The notes beneath the pieces are model-generated. The model ran no database searches, was not told the origin of the DNA, and was given only the letters and a program-made list of their open reading frames with translations. A program made the position numbers and the translations under genes. A DNA stretch of 64,000 nt from Myxococcota bacterium (lineage in GTDB: Bacteria > Myxococcota_A > UBA9160 > SZUA-336). The stretch spans positions 2,048,001 to 2,112,000 of the forward strand of contig CBDFGR010000003.1 in assembly GCA_965247115.1 (NCBI GenBank), in the 5' to 3' direction. Of the stretch, positions 40,887-57,171 are shown piece by piece (position 1 is the stretch's first letter; each line of letters opens with the position of its first letter).

Positions 40887-41492
40887 TCAGATCCCCTCGA
40901 ACAGGTAGGACATCGAGACGCCCAAGGCCGCTGCCAACTTGCGAAGCGTGGAGACCGAGGCCGCGCTCTTGCCCAGCTCGATCTGTGAGATCAGGCTGAC
41001 CGAGAGGGTCGTCTTGTTGGCGAGCTGCTTCAGCGTCAGGTCGCGCTCCTTGCGGAGCGCCCTGATCTTGGAGCCGAGGAGCCGATTCACGCGCTCCTCT
41101 GCGTCGACCATCAAGCCCTTCTCGCGCACCGCCCTTTGAATCACATCGCGGAGCGATTCGTTGTCGAACGGCTTGCGTAGGTAGTCGAAAGCGTCCGCCT
41201 TCATCGTGTCGATGGCCCTATCGACAGATGGGTAGGCCGTCATGATGATCACGCATACGTCGGAGTCTATTGCCCGAATCTGGCGAAGCAGCGCGATCCC
41301 GTCGAGCTCCGGCATGCGGATGTCGAGCAAGACGATCTGATAGCGCCCTTCCTTGATCTCGAGCAGGGCGTCCATCGGCTTGACGAGCGTCGAGACCCTG
41401 TGGCCTTCGCGGGTCAGGAAGTCTTGCAGGTAGTCACAGACGTCCTGATCATCGTCGACGACGAGAACCTTGAGCTTCATCCTCTCGGCCAT
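40887..41492 (-). CDS. Response regulator with C-terminal XRE-family HTH
   Basis: VVDDD, LLDIRMP and KPF receiver motifs; IRALR..LSVSLISQIE.GK HTH. Confidence 0.9.
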   Translation of the reverse strand: MAERMKLKVLVVDDDQDVCDYLQDFLTREGHRVSTLVKPMDALLEIKEGRYQIVLLDIRMPELDGIALLRQIRAIDSDVCVIIMTAYPSVDRAIDTMKADAFDYLRKPFDNESLRDVIQRAVREKGLMVDAEERVNRLLGSKIRALRKERDLTLKQLANKTTLSVSLISQIELGKSAASVSTLRKLAAALGVSMSYLFEGI

Positions 41493-41566
41493 CGGGATCT
41501 CCCCTGCGGCCTCACGGCATCTTTGGGCGGACCCTATACACTCTCCTTGAGAAACTCAAGATCCGA

Positions 41567-44305
<2,739 letters not shown>

Positions 44306-44309
<4 letters not shown>

Positions 44310-45262
44310 CTCGACAGGCTGCGCAGCTCTCGACGCAGCAACACGAGGAACAGCGGTCCGCCAACGAGAGATGTCAAAGCGCCGACGGGAAGCTCGGTCG
44401 GGGCCAGGATCGTCCGCGCCAGCGTGTCTGCCAGCATCAGGAAGGCCGCACCAAACAGGGCGCAGGCCGGGACGAGCACGCGATGATCCGAGCCGACCAC
44501 GAGCCGCAGCAGGTGCGGCACGATCAAGCCCACGAAGCCAATCAGGCCCGAGACCGCGACGGAGGCCCCGATCATCAGCGCCGTCGCGAGCAGGATCCAG
44601 CGCCGCACCGTCTCCACCTCTACGCCCAGGTGCGCCGCCGTCTCATCGCCTTGTGCGAGCAGGTTGAGCGCGTACGAGTGGTACAGCCCGACCCCCAGTC
44701 CCAGCGACAGGAAGCCCGCCACAGCGCCGATCAGCCACGTATCAACCAGCCGGATCGACCCGATCAACCACAAGAAGACCCCGGCGACGCGGCTCAGATC
44801 AAGAGCGGTGGTGACGAAGACGATCAGCGACGAGGCAAAGGCGTTGAACACGATGCCTGTCAAGAGCAGGCTGTGTGAGGGCAAGGCGCCGCCGGAGCCT
44901 GCGACCGCCCACAGTAGGGCCGTCGCCGCGAGCGCTCCCAGGAATGCGATGAGCGGGACCGACATGCTCCCTACACCCACGCCCCAGCCGAGCCCGACCG
45001 CGACCACGCCCCCGAGGGCGGCGCCCCCGGAGATGCCGAGCACGTAAGGATCCGCCAGAGGATTCTGGAGCAGCGCCTGCAGCAGCGCGCCCGCCGTCGC
45101 CAGCCCCGCTCCGACCAGGGCCGCCAGCACCGCACGCGGTAGACGGATCTGCAGCACGATGTCTGTGGTCGCGTGCTCGGCCGAGCCGAGCCAGAGACTC
45201 GCGACGAGCGTCCCCGCGAGGAGCAGGCCGAGCGCGGGGAACAGCGCTCGCCGGCCTATCAC
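44306..45262 (-). CDS. FecCD/BtuC-family ABC permease
   Basis: IRLPR, NPLADPYVLGISGGA and IGFVGLIVPH motifs; GTG 45262 overlaps the upstream stop. Confidence 0.9.
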
Positions 45263-46107
45263 GGAGCGCTGCGCGGCGTGGCGTGAAGCGCAGTCTGAAT
45301 CAACCTTGCCGCACTGCCGAGCTCGGCACCCGGCACCGTCACGACTCCGGTCGGGATCAGCTCCACGCGCCCGATCCACGCGAAGCGTGACCAGTACCGC
45401 TGTGCCTCGCTGTCATCATCGAGAGGAGGGTACGTCGTATCTACGAGCACGTCTGGCCGACGCTCGGCCAGAGTCTCCAGCGCGACCTGTGGATACGGGG
45501 CGTCGAGGTCCCCAAACACGTTCTCTCCGCCGGCAATCCCGATCAGCTCGGACACGAAGCTCCCGCCACCCACGATATAGAGCGGCTCACGGTTCACCAC
45601 CAGAGCAACGCTCGGGCGCACGCGCTCCCCCGCTGCAGCCGCGATCCTATCGAGCTCGGCCACGATCCGAGCCACGAGTGCCTCGCCCTCGGTCCCGCGC
45701 CCCACGAGCGTTGCGATCTTTCGAAAGCTCGCGAGAACTTCGGGAAGGGTGTGTGGATCAAACTCGTGAACCGCGACTCCCCGCGCACGCAGCTGCTCGA
45801 AGAACGGTCGCTGCTGCGCGCTCGCAACCCCGAGAACCAGCGTCGGTCGCAGCTCGATGCTCCGCTCGAGGTCGGGAGCAAACAAGCCACCGAGCGACGG
45901 TACCTCCTCGAGCCCTGGCAGCTCACGCGAGAACCGATCACTCCCGACGAGCGCATCGCCCACCCCCAACGCGACCAGTACCCCACTGATCGAAGGCGAG
46001 AGCGAAATCACCCGCAGCCCCTCCCCGCGAGCGACAGGGTCAGGAGCACAAGCCACCAAGAGCCATACCCCCACCAAGAGCCCTGCCGACGACCACCCGC
46101 AGAACAC
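45259..46107 (-). CDS. BtuF-like helical-backbone substrate-binding lipoprotein (start approximate)
   Basis: LVA-C lipobox, RVISLSPS, PDLE..L.P.LV and AGGENVF motifs; GAGGAGG upstream. Confidence 0.8.
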   Translation of the reverse strand: MFCGWSSAGLLVGVWLLVACAPDPVARGEGLRVISLSPSISGVLVALGVGDALVGSDRFSRELPGLEEVPSLGGLFAPDLERSIELRPTLVLGVASAQQRPFFEQLRARGVAVHEFDPHTLPEVLASFRKIATLVGRGTEGEALVARIVAELDRIAAAAGERVRPSVALVVNREPLYIVGGGSFVSELIGIAGGENVFGDLDAPYPQVALETLAERRPDVLVDTTYPPLDDDSEAQRYWSRFAWIGRVELIPTGVVTVPGAELGSAARLIQTALHATPRSAP

Positions 46108-46135
46108 ACACCCTCCTCGGAGCAACGAACCAAGT

Positions 46136-46168
46136 AAGTTCAGATTAAGGACCGTCCCTAAGTTCGGA
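46136..46168 (+). repeat. Family C short repeat
   Basis: aagttcagattaaggaccgtccctaagttcgga; near-identical copies at 31706, 31748, 50940 (inverted) and 51065. Confidence 0.85.
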
Positions 46169-46184
46169 CGCAAGCCGGCAAGGA

Positions 46185-46298
46185 GTCGGAGGTCGGGGAA
46201 CATCCCCCGGAGGACTGTGGTAGCGGTGTCCGAGGCGACCCGGTCCCCTGTGAACGCGAGGAGCGGAGTCCGCCGGGGGATGTTCCCCGACCTCCGAC
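46185..46298. repeat. Family B long-hairpin element, copy 3
   Basis: gtcggaggtcggggaacatccccc / gggggatgttccccgacctccgac arms; GTAGCGGTGTCCGAGGCG core. Confidence 0.9.
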
Positions 46299-46355
46299 GG
46301 CGGAGGGTCACAAGACGGACGGGGGAGGCGCCCCCCCCCGCCCGCCTTTCCAGGC

Positions 46356-46703
46356 TCACTCGGCGAAAAGTCTCGCCGTGGTCTTTCCCTTGAGCGCGAT
46401 GTGGGATCGGATCCGTTCCAGGGCGCGTTCGCCAATCCCGGAGACCTGCGTGAGATCCTCGACCCGCTTGAAGCGTTCGTGCTCCTTGCGGTACTCGAGA
46501 ATCGCAGCCGCCCGGGCAGGTCCGATTCCGGGCAGCAGCTCCAGCTGCTCTGCGGACGCGGTGTTCACATTGACCACGCCAACCAGGCGCGTCTCCGGTG
46601 GGGCAGCACGCGGCTCCGCAGCAGCCGCAACTTCTAGAGAGAGCAATGAGAGAAAAACGGCCACCGCACCCGCGGCGACACCTCGTACGATCAGCTTGCG
46701 CAT
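46356..46703 (-). CDS. ComEA-family helix-hairpin-helix DNA-binding protein
   Basis: Signal peptide, VNVNTAS..L..LPGIG and VSGIG motifs. Confidence 0.88.
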   Translation of the reverse strand: MRKLIVRGVAAGAVAVFLSLLSLEVAAAAEPRAAPPETRLVGVVNVNTASAEQLELLPGIGPARAAAILEYRKEHERFKRVEDLTQVSGIGERALERIRSHIALKGKTTARLFAE

Positions 46704-46759
46704 CTGCGCATCCTCCTCGAGAGCTACGGGGTGAGGCGGGGGAAACGAACGAAGCTCGA

Positions 46760-47767
46760 TCAGCTGCGTCGGCGCACCACGAAGTACGTGAGCGCGAAGA
46801 GCGCCTGTTTCGCATCGCAGTCGACGAAGGACTCGATCCTGGCGCGCGCCTCCTCGGCGCACAGCTCGGCGCGCTGCAAAGTGGTCTCGACTCCCTTGTG
46901 CAGCTTGACGCACTCGGCGACTCGGTTGACGTCGTCACGATCCGCCGACTCGCCGGTCCGCGCACCCTCAGCGAAGGTCTTGAGCACAGACGCGATGAAG
47001 TCGCGCTCGGCGACCGTGCAGCGCTTGAGGGTGAGAAGCAGCGGCAAGGTAACCTTGCCTTCAGCGAGATCCGTGAGCGGAGCCTTGCCCAGCTGCTGCC
47101 CGTCGCCCGTGTAGTCCAGCGCGTCGTCGACAAGCTGGAAGGCGAGCCCGAGCTGCCAGCCGTAGTCTCGCAGAGCGCCACGTTCGGCGCGCGTGACTTT
47201 CCCGAGAATTGCACCAGACTCGCAACCGGTAGCGAGCAGCGTCGAGGTCTTGCGGCCGATGACATCGAGGTACGTCGACTCGCTCATCTCCGGATCGAAG
47301 CTGCGCGCCAGCTGAAGTACCTCGCCTTCTGCCATCGCGCGGATGGTCTCGGCGAAGCTCGACAGGATGTCCGCGTCGCCGTCCTCGACGAGCGTGCGAC
47401 AGGTATGTGCGTACATGAAGTCGCCGACGAGGATCGCGAGCCTGGCTCCGAAGCGAGCGTTGGCGCTCGGCTGCCCGCGGCGCGTCTCGGCTCCGTCGAC
47501 GACATCGTCGTGGAGCAGCGAGGCGCTATGCAGATACTCGGCGGCCAGCGCGATCTGTACGGCGCGAGGCCCCTGATACCCGCACAGTCCCGCCGAGAGC
47601 AGGACGAGCAGCGGGCGGATGCGTTTGCCGCCACTGGCGAAGGTATGCTCCGCCACCTCGGGAATGAGGGGCGCGACGGAACGCATCCCCTCGCGCATGG
47701 CGCGTTCGACCCGGGCGAGATCAGCTGTGAAGGGCGCGACGATGCGATCAATCTCGGAAGGGGGCAT
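46760..47767 (-). CDS. Polyprenyl diphosphate synthase (IspB-like)
   Basis: GGKRIRP, LLHDDVVD...RRG and FQLVDDALD motifs. Confidence 0.9.
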   Translation of the reverse strand: MPPSEIDRIVAPFTADLARVERAMREGMRSVAPLIPEVAEHTFASGGKRIRPLLVLLSAGLCGYQGPRAVQIALAAEYLHSASLLHDDVVDGAETRRGQPSANARFGARLAILVGDFMYAHTCRTLVEDGDADILSSFAETIRAMAEGEVLQLARSFDPEMSESTYLDVIGRKTSTLLATGCESGAILGKVTRAERGALRDYGWQLGLAFQLVDDALDYTGDGQQLGKAPLTDLAEGKVTLPLLLTLKRCTVAERDFIASVLKTFAEGARTGESADRDDVNRVAECVKLHKGVETTLQRAELCAEEARARIESFVDCDAKQALFALTYFVVRRRS

Positions 47768-47952
47768 CAACTCTCTTCGGGCTTCGAGGCGAGCGCGACG
47801 TACTTTACCCTCGACGCCCGCGCATGTCAAAACGAGTCTCTGAGCTTTGCGCAGTGAAATCAGATAGTTACCAGAAGGCAACAGAGTCCCCGATGTCCGC
47901 GCACGTACCCGTCTTCCTCAAGTTGACCGTCGCTAGAGCCGATGTACAACCG

Positions 47953-48534
47953 ATGCGGCGCGGGAAGAGCGACGAGGTCGACGAGCAGCTCAACGAGCTC
48001 GACCAGAACATCAAGCGACTCCGCATCGAGTACGACCAGTACTTCATGGGAACCATGAAGCGTCCTCCGCAGGTCCTGCAAGGTAAGGTCCAGAAGACGG
48101 TGGCGTTCTTCTCGAACAAGATGCCCAGAAACACCGCGCAGAAGTTCCGCTTCAACCAGCTGAACTCCAAGTACCAGATGTACCGCCAACACTGGGGGCG
48201 TGTCATGCGACAGGTTGAAGCGGGAACGTACAAGGCGCACCGCTTCAAGGCGGCGCTCCACGATCGAGATCGCTTCGAGGGCGAGGCACACACTCCGATG
48301 GGGACGGTGGCCGTTCCGCAGGGCAGCTCGCCCGTCGACAAGCTCTGCGATGCCTTGACCTCCGCGCGCGCGAAGACCGGCGAGCAGGCGGGCATCAATC
48401 GCGGCAAGGTCGCCCAGATGGTCAAGCAGCAGACCGCCAGCATCCGCAAGAAACACCCCGGAGCCAAGATCCGCTTCCGTGTCGTTATCGAGGACAACCG
48501 GGCAAAGTTGAAGGCCAGCGTCAGCAGGTCCTGA
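47953..48534 (+). CDS. Hypothetical protein resembling MXAN_5187 C-terminal-domain proteins
   Basis: LRIEYDQYFMG..KRPP N-terminus and F.VVIE..RAKLKA C-terminus; family recognised from memory, not searched. Confidence 0.55.
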   Translation: MRRGKSDEVDEQLNELDQNIKRLRIEYDQYFMGTMKRPPQVLQGKVQKTVAFFSNKMPRNTAQKFRFNQLNSKYQMYRQHWGRVMRQVEAGTYKAHRFKAALHDRDRFEGEAHTPMGTVAVPQGSSPVDKLCDALTSARAKTGEQAGINRGKVAQMVKQQTASIRKKHPGAKIRFRVVIEDNRAKLKASVSRS

Positions 48535-48553
48535 CTGGTACTGTGAACACCCC

Positions 48554-49708
48554 ATGCGGGTGGCGCTCGTTCACGACTGGCTGACGGGACTGCGGGGCGG
48601 CGAGAAGCTCCTCGACGGCCTGGCCAGCCTCTTCCCCGAGGCCGATCTGTACACGCTGGTTCACGTTCCGGGCTCAACCACCGAGAGGATCGAGCGGCTG
48701 CGAATTCGCGCGAGCCCGCTCTCTCGCCTCCCGGGCGTCGCCCGCCACTACCGAAAGCTGCTGCCCCTGTTTCCAGCAACGATCGAGCACTTCCATCTCA
48801 AGGGCTACGACCTGGTGCTCTCCAACAGCCACTCCTTTGCCAAAGGAGTGCGGGTGGCCCCGGGTACACCGCATGTCTGTTCCTGCATGACGCCCATCCG
48901 CTACGCGTGGGACCACATCGACACATACCTGGGTAGGGGAGTGAGACGGGCGCTAGCCACTCCGCTCGTGGAGTACCTGCGCCGCTGGGACAAACGCACC
49001 AGCACGCAGGAGCGGGTCACGAGCTTCGTGGCCATCTCGAAGGCGGTGGCCGAGCGGATTCGACGCCACTACGGTCGGGACTCGCTCGTCGTCCACCCCT
49101 GGGCCGATACGGAGCGCTACGCTCCGAGCGGAGAGAAGCCGGAAGACTTCTACCTCCTCGTCGGAGGCTTCGCTCCCTACAAGAACGAGCAGCTCGCCGT
49201 CGAGGCGTTTCGTCGGCTCGGCCGCTCACTGATCGTGGCGGGAGACGGGCCTCGACGTCAGGCAATCGAGGCAACCGCGCCCGAGAACGTGCGCTTCCTC
49301 GGCCGTGTCTCCGACGCCCGACTGGCCGAGCTCTATGCGAGCTGCCGAGCCCTGATTCACCCCCAGGAAGAAGACTTCGGCATCATCGCCATCGAAGCCA
49401 TGGCCGCAGGTCGGCCGGTGATCGCCCTCGCCGCGGGCGGAGCGCTGGAGACCGTCGTGGACGTCCGCACTGCGGCCAGCCCGACGGGGCTGCTCTTCGA
49501 GCGGCAGGATCCGGACTGCCTGGTCGAAGCGGTGCTGGAGTTCGAAGCGATTCAGGGCGGCTTCGACCCCGCGGCAATCCGCCGCCACGCCACCCGGTTC
49601 TCGCTGCCCCGATTCCAGCGCGAGTTCGTCGCCGCGCTCGAGCGCAGCGTGGGCCCGCTTCCTGTTCTCCACGAGCGGCTCGACGCGATCAACCGGTCCG
49701 ATGCCTGA
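48554..49708 (+). CDS. GT-B glycosyltransferase (family 4)
   Basis: VHDWL..RGGE and EDFGIIAIEAMAAG motifs. Confidence 0.9.
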   Translation: MRVALVHDWLTGLRGGEKLLDGLASLFPEADLYTLVHVPGSTTERIERLRIRASPLSRLPGVARHYRKLLPLFPATIEHFHLKGYDLVLSNSHSFAKGVRVAPGTPHVCSCMTPIRYAWDHIDTYLGRGVRRALATPLVEYLRRWDKRTSTQERVTSFVAISKAVAERIRRHYGRDSLVVHPWADTERYAPSGEKPEDFYLLVGGFAPYKNEQLAVEAFRRLGRSLIVAGDGPRRQAIEATAPENVRFLGRVSDARLAELYASCRALIHPQEEDFGIIAIEAMAAGRPVIALAAGGALETVVDVRTAASPTGLLFERQDPDCLVEAVLEFEAIQGGFDPAAIRRHATRFSLPRFQREFVAALERSVGPLPVLHERLDAINRSDA

Positions 49709-50804
49709 ACGTGAGCCCATCCCCTTGCTCGACCTCCGCCCGGAGATCGAGCAGCTCCAGCCCGAGCTCCGGGCCGCCATCGACCGGGTCGTGCGTTCGG
49801 GCCGCTTCATCCTCGGCCCGGAGGTAGAGGCCTTCGAGCGAGAGATCTCTCGCTACCTCGGCGTCGCTCACGCCGTTACTCTGAACTCCGGTACAGACGC
49901 GCTCATCATCGGCCTGCGCGCCCTCGGCGTCCGCCCTGGCGACGAGGTCATCACCACCTCCTTCAGCTTCTTCGCCAGCGCGGAGGCCATCAGCCACCTC
50001 GGCGCGACTCCCGTCTTCGCCGACATCGACCCGAGAAGCTTCAACCTCGACCCGGCTTCTGTAGAAGCACGGCTCTCGAGCAGAACGAGGGTCATCCTCC
50101 CCGTCCACCTCTTTGGGCAACCCGCAAACATGACGGAGCTGGCGCGCCTCGCGCAGCACCACGACCTGCCCCTGCTCGAGGATGCAGCTCAGGCCATCGG
50201 GGCCGAGTACGCAGGTGAGAAGATAGGCACGCTGGGCACGGCGGCGGCCTTCTCCTTCTATCCGTCGAAGAATCTCGGCGCCTTTGGCGACGGCGGCCTA
50301 CTGGCCACCGGAAGTGCAAAGGTGGCCGACGAGGCCCGCAGCCTCCGCGACCACGGCGCGACCGGTCCCTACGTTCACGACAGACTCGGCTACGCCTCCC
50401 GCCTCGACGAGCTTCAAGCAGCCATCCTGCGAGTCAAGCTCCCACACCTCGACGCTTGGAACACGGCGCGCCGTCACGTCGCGGACACCTACCGCAAGCA
50501 CCTGGCAGCGGTCGACGTAGCCACTCCCGCAGAGCTCCCCCCCGCACATCACATCTACCACCAGTTCACGCTCCGCATCCCCGCCAACAAACGCGACGCC
50601 GCAAAGGAAGCGCTCGCGGCCGAAGGAATCGCGAGCGCGATCTACTACCCGGTCCCTCTACACCAAATGCCCGTATACGGTACCCCCGAGGTTGTCTTGC
50701 CCGAATCCGAAAGAGCCGCGACCGAAGTCCTGAGCCTCCCGATCTGGCCATCCCTCGACTCCCCCCGCATCGAACACATCGCCACCACCCTCAAGAGGGT
50801 CTAG
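49701..50804 (+). CDS. DegT/DnrJ/EryC1/StrS sugar aminotransferase
   Basis: SGTDAL, EDAAQA, SFYPSKNLG and SRLDELQAA motifs. Confidence 0.92.
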   Translation: MPEREPIPLLDLRPEIEQLQPELRAAIDRVVRSGRFILGPEVEAFEREISRYLGVAHAVTLNSGTDALIIGLRALGVRPGDEVITTSFSFFASAEAISHLGATPVFADIDPRSFNLDPASVEARLSSRTRVILPVHLFGQPANMTELARLAQHHDLPLLEDAAQAIGAEYAGEKIGTLGTAAAFSFYPSKNLGAFGDGGLLATGSAKVADEARSLRDHGATGPYVHDRLGYASRLDELQAAILRVKLPHLDAWNTARRHVADTYRKHLAAVDVATPAELPPAHHIYHQFTLRIPANKRDAAKEALAAEGIASAIYYPVPLHQMPVYGTPEVVLPESERAATEVLSLPIWPSLDSPRIEHIATTLKRV

Positions 50805-50808
50805 TCTT

Positions 50809-51240
50809 GTGGGACCCGGCCGCGGGCGTCCGCGGCCACCCACCTTCGCTCAGGCCCAGGGCCTTCGCTGCGCGCGCCGCGTTCCGCGGCGCTTGCATGG
50901 TTGCCAAGCCCCGTAGGAGGTTGCCGGTTCTCCACGGAATCCGAACTTGGGGACGGTCCTTAGTCCGAACTTGTTTGGCCGATGTCGGAACTTCTGGTCA
51001 CTCTGGCGGGACTCTTGGGCACATTCGTTGATCTAGGCGTCGCCGCGGTCGTCTCACACGGAATAAGTTCGGATTAAGGACCGTCCCCAAGACAAGTTTG
51101 GCCGACTCGAGGCTCATCCGGCAGGGAGTCGGGGGTCGGGAACGTCCCCCTCCGGACCGTGTAGCGGTGTTGGAGGCGTGCTCAATGCGGGCACAGCTGA
51201 GTAGCGAGGGCCGGAGGGGGACGTTCCCGACCCCCGACGG
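50809..51240. mobile_element. Composite palindromic repeat cassette 2 (A>, E>, <C, D, C>, B copy 4)
   Basis: Same modules as 31520-31918 in a different order, plus a family B hairpin at 51128-51238. Confidence 0.75.
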
Positions 51241-51256
51241 CGCCGCCTAGCGCCCC

Positions 51257-51511
51257 CTAGACTGGCTCCGCCGCACCGACCAGGACGGTCACGCGCTCGC
51301 CCGTCACCTCCGCGAAGCCCTCCGAGATGTTCAGCCGCGAAACCTCTCCAGCAGCAACGTACTCGAGCAGCCCCGGCTGAAGAGATGTCAGGAAGCGCTC
51401 GTGCGCGGGCAGCACTCCGAACTCGCCGACCTCGCCAGGAAGCAGCACGCTGTCGACCTCCAGGTCCGCAAAGGGCTCGGCCGGTGTCACGATGCTGAGC
51501 TGGATCGGCAC
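51257..51511 (-). CDS. atpC: ATP synthase F1 epsilon subunit (short form)
   Basis: IVTP, GEFGVLPAH and GFAEV motifs; follows atpD. Confidence 0.9.
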   Translation of the reverse strand: MPIQLSIVTPAEPFADLEVDSVLLPGEVGEFGVLPAHERFLTSLQPGLLEYVAAGEVSRLNISEGFAEVTGERVTVLVGAAEPV

Positions 51512-51512
51512 G

Positions 51513-53800
<2,288 letters not shown>

Positions 53801-53806
53801 GTGACG

Positions 53807-55345
<1,539 letters not shown>

Positions 55346-55352
55346 CGTTCCC

Positions 55353-55898
55353 CTAGCCCTTTCTCAGATTGTTCCCGAGCGACTCGAGCTGCGTGCGCAC
55401 GCTCCCATCGAGCAGCAGGTCTCCGATTCGCGTCACGATCCCGCCGATCAGGCTGGGATCCACACGTGTGTCGAGCGTCACCTCCGCGTTCACGCGGCGT
55501 GCTAACGCCTGGCGGAGCTGCTCCAGCTCAGCCTCCTCCAGCGGGCGGGCGGACGTGACTTCTGCAATCTGGCGCCCTGCAGCCTCGTCCACGAGCCGCT
55601 GCAGGGTGTCGCGGATCGCTTCGAGGTGGACCGTACGATTCTCGTCGACCAGCAGCATGGCGAAGGCGCGTGTCTCCCGCGACAGCTCTAGCTTCTCACA
55701 CAGCTCCCCGATCACCCCGCGCCGCTCCCCGCGCGGGTGGATGGGTGTAAACAGTACGTGCCTGAGGTCGGGGCTCTCCACGATCTGCACGGTGAGCGCG
55801 TTGAACTCCTCCAGGAGCGTCGTCGCCCCGGCGAGGTCCTCGGCCAGGCCGAACAAGGCGCGCGCCCAGCGTTGCGCGATCGCTGAGCCGCGCCTCAC
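55353..55898 (-). CDS. atpH: ATP synthase F1 delta subunit
   Basis: A.RWARAL and [10 protein letters not shown] motifs; operon position. Confidence 0.92.
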   Translation of the reverse strand: MRRGSAIAQRWARALFGLAEDLAGATTLLEEFNALTVQIVESPDLRHVLFTPIHPRGERRGVIGELCEKLELSRETRAFAMLLVDENRTVHLEAIRDTLQRLVDEAAGRQIAEVTSARPLEEAELEQLRQALARRVNAEVTLDTRVDPSLIGGIVTRIGDLLLDGSVRTQLESLGNNLRKG

Positions 55899-56470
55899 GA
55901 CGAGGGGCCCTCGACGCGCTGGACGAAGTCGCGCAACAGACGCTGATCGTCTTCCGCGGTAAGCCGTTCCCGGAGGATCTCGCTGGCAATGCGCGTGGCG
56001 AGTGCGGCCGCCTCATTGCGTAGCGCCTCTCGGGCCCGGAGGATCTCGTTGTCGGCGACGCGGCGTCCCTCCTCGCGAATTCGCTCGGCGCCCTGGCGTG
56101 CGCGCTCCATCGTTCGCTCGCGTTCGGTCTGCGCTTGCAGGGCGACCTGTGCAAGCAGGTCGGCGGACTCGGCTTCGAATCCGGCGAGCCGCTCTCTCAG
56201 CTCTGCGAGCTCCGCTTCGGCCTCGAGCAGCCTCGATTCGGAGTCGCGGATCTGCGTGCGGATTCCCTGACTCCGCTCCCGTAGCGCCTTTGAGATCGGT
56301 CCTCCAGCAAACCGGTAGAGCACGTAGCCGAGCACGACGACGTTGAGAATCTGCACGGCCAGGTGGAACCAATTCGGCCCGGAATGTGCCGCTCCTTCTT
56401 CGGCGGCCAGGAGCTCGGGCGCGTACAGCACCAGACAGAGCCCAAGCGCGAGGCGGAGCCAGCGCGTCAA
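55895..56470 (-). CDS. atpF: ATP synthase F0 subunit b
   Basis: TM segment followed by a charged coiled coil; operon position. Confidence 0.85.
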   Translation of the reverse strand: MTRWLRLALGLCLVLYAPELLAAEEGAAHSGPNWFHLAVQILNVVVLGYVLYRFAGGPISKALRERSQGIRTQIRDSESRLLEAEAELAELRERLAGFEAESADLLAQVALQAQTERERTMERARQGAERIREEGRRVADNEILRAREALRNEAAALATRIASEILRERLTAEDDQRLLRDFVQRVEGPSS

Positions 56471-56985
56471 AGAGTCCGACCCAGGATCTTGGCGGCCGCG
56501 CTGTCCGCGAGCGTGTGCGCCTCGTCCGCGAGAGTGGAGCGGGCCGACTCGAGCTCGCCTGCAAGCGTCTCCCGAACCTCTGCGACGCCGGCAGCCGCCG
56601 CCGCCCGCGCTGCGTCGATCAGGCTCTTCTGCTCCGTCTCGGTCTCACCGAGCATGCGGACGCGCTGCGATTGCGCTTCGGCGCGGGCCTGCGCCAGCCG
56701 CTCCTCGACGTCCGAGCGGCGAGCGAGAGCTTCCTCGCGAATCTCCGAGGCGCGTCTTGCGGTCCCTTCAACGGCCTCGATCCGCTCTCGCAGCACCCCC
56801 AGGAGCGGTTGCAGAAGGAAGCGATTCGTCGGGTAAATGAGAGCCGCAAAGATGACCACGTTCAAGGCAGTGATCCAGAGCTCCGGCTCCAGGTTCAGCG
56901 CAGCCGCCGCTCCCGCGATGCGTGGCACCGCTAGAGCTCCGAACATGACGCCGATGATCAGCGAAGCGCGCTCTCTGCCCCGCAC
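56467..56985 (-). CDS. ATP synthase F0 subunit b' (start approximate)
   Basis: TM segment, LL.PL..VL.ER motif and Ala/Glu coiled coil. Confidence 0.8.
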   Translation of the reverse strand: MRGRERASLIIGVMFGALAVPRIAGAAAALNLEPELWITALNVVIFAALIYPTNRFLLQPLLGVLRERIEAVEGTARRASEIREEALARRSDVEERLAQARAEAQSQRVRMLGETETEQKSLIDAARAAAAAGVAEVRETLAGELESARSTLADEAHTLADSAAAKILGRTL

Positions 56986-57171
56986 CCTGAACTCTCTCCG
57001 TTTGGCGCGTTGATGACGTTTGGCGCCGTAATGATTACTGGGAGAAGGACTTTGGCGCGGTACTCCAGCGAAGCGGCGCCACTGTGCCTGCTGCACTCTC
57101 GACGGTAGAGGGCGCCGTCGGGCGCAGCTGAGCCCCCGTTCCGGCGGAGTATGGCAAAGCGTTTCTCAAAA

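Noticed and set aside
46108..46355. Cobalamin riboswitch upstream of the BtuF-like ABC operon
   Set aside because: No B12-box or GGGAA core recognisable; the space is filled by family C and B repeats
45259..47265. 668-aa ORF suggesting a large N-terminal extension of the BtuF-like protein
   Set aside because: The upstream part reads through ispB and comEA out of frame and through a repeat; lipobox and RBS point to a start near 46107
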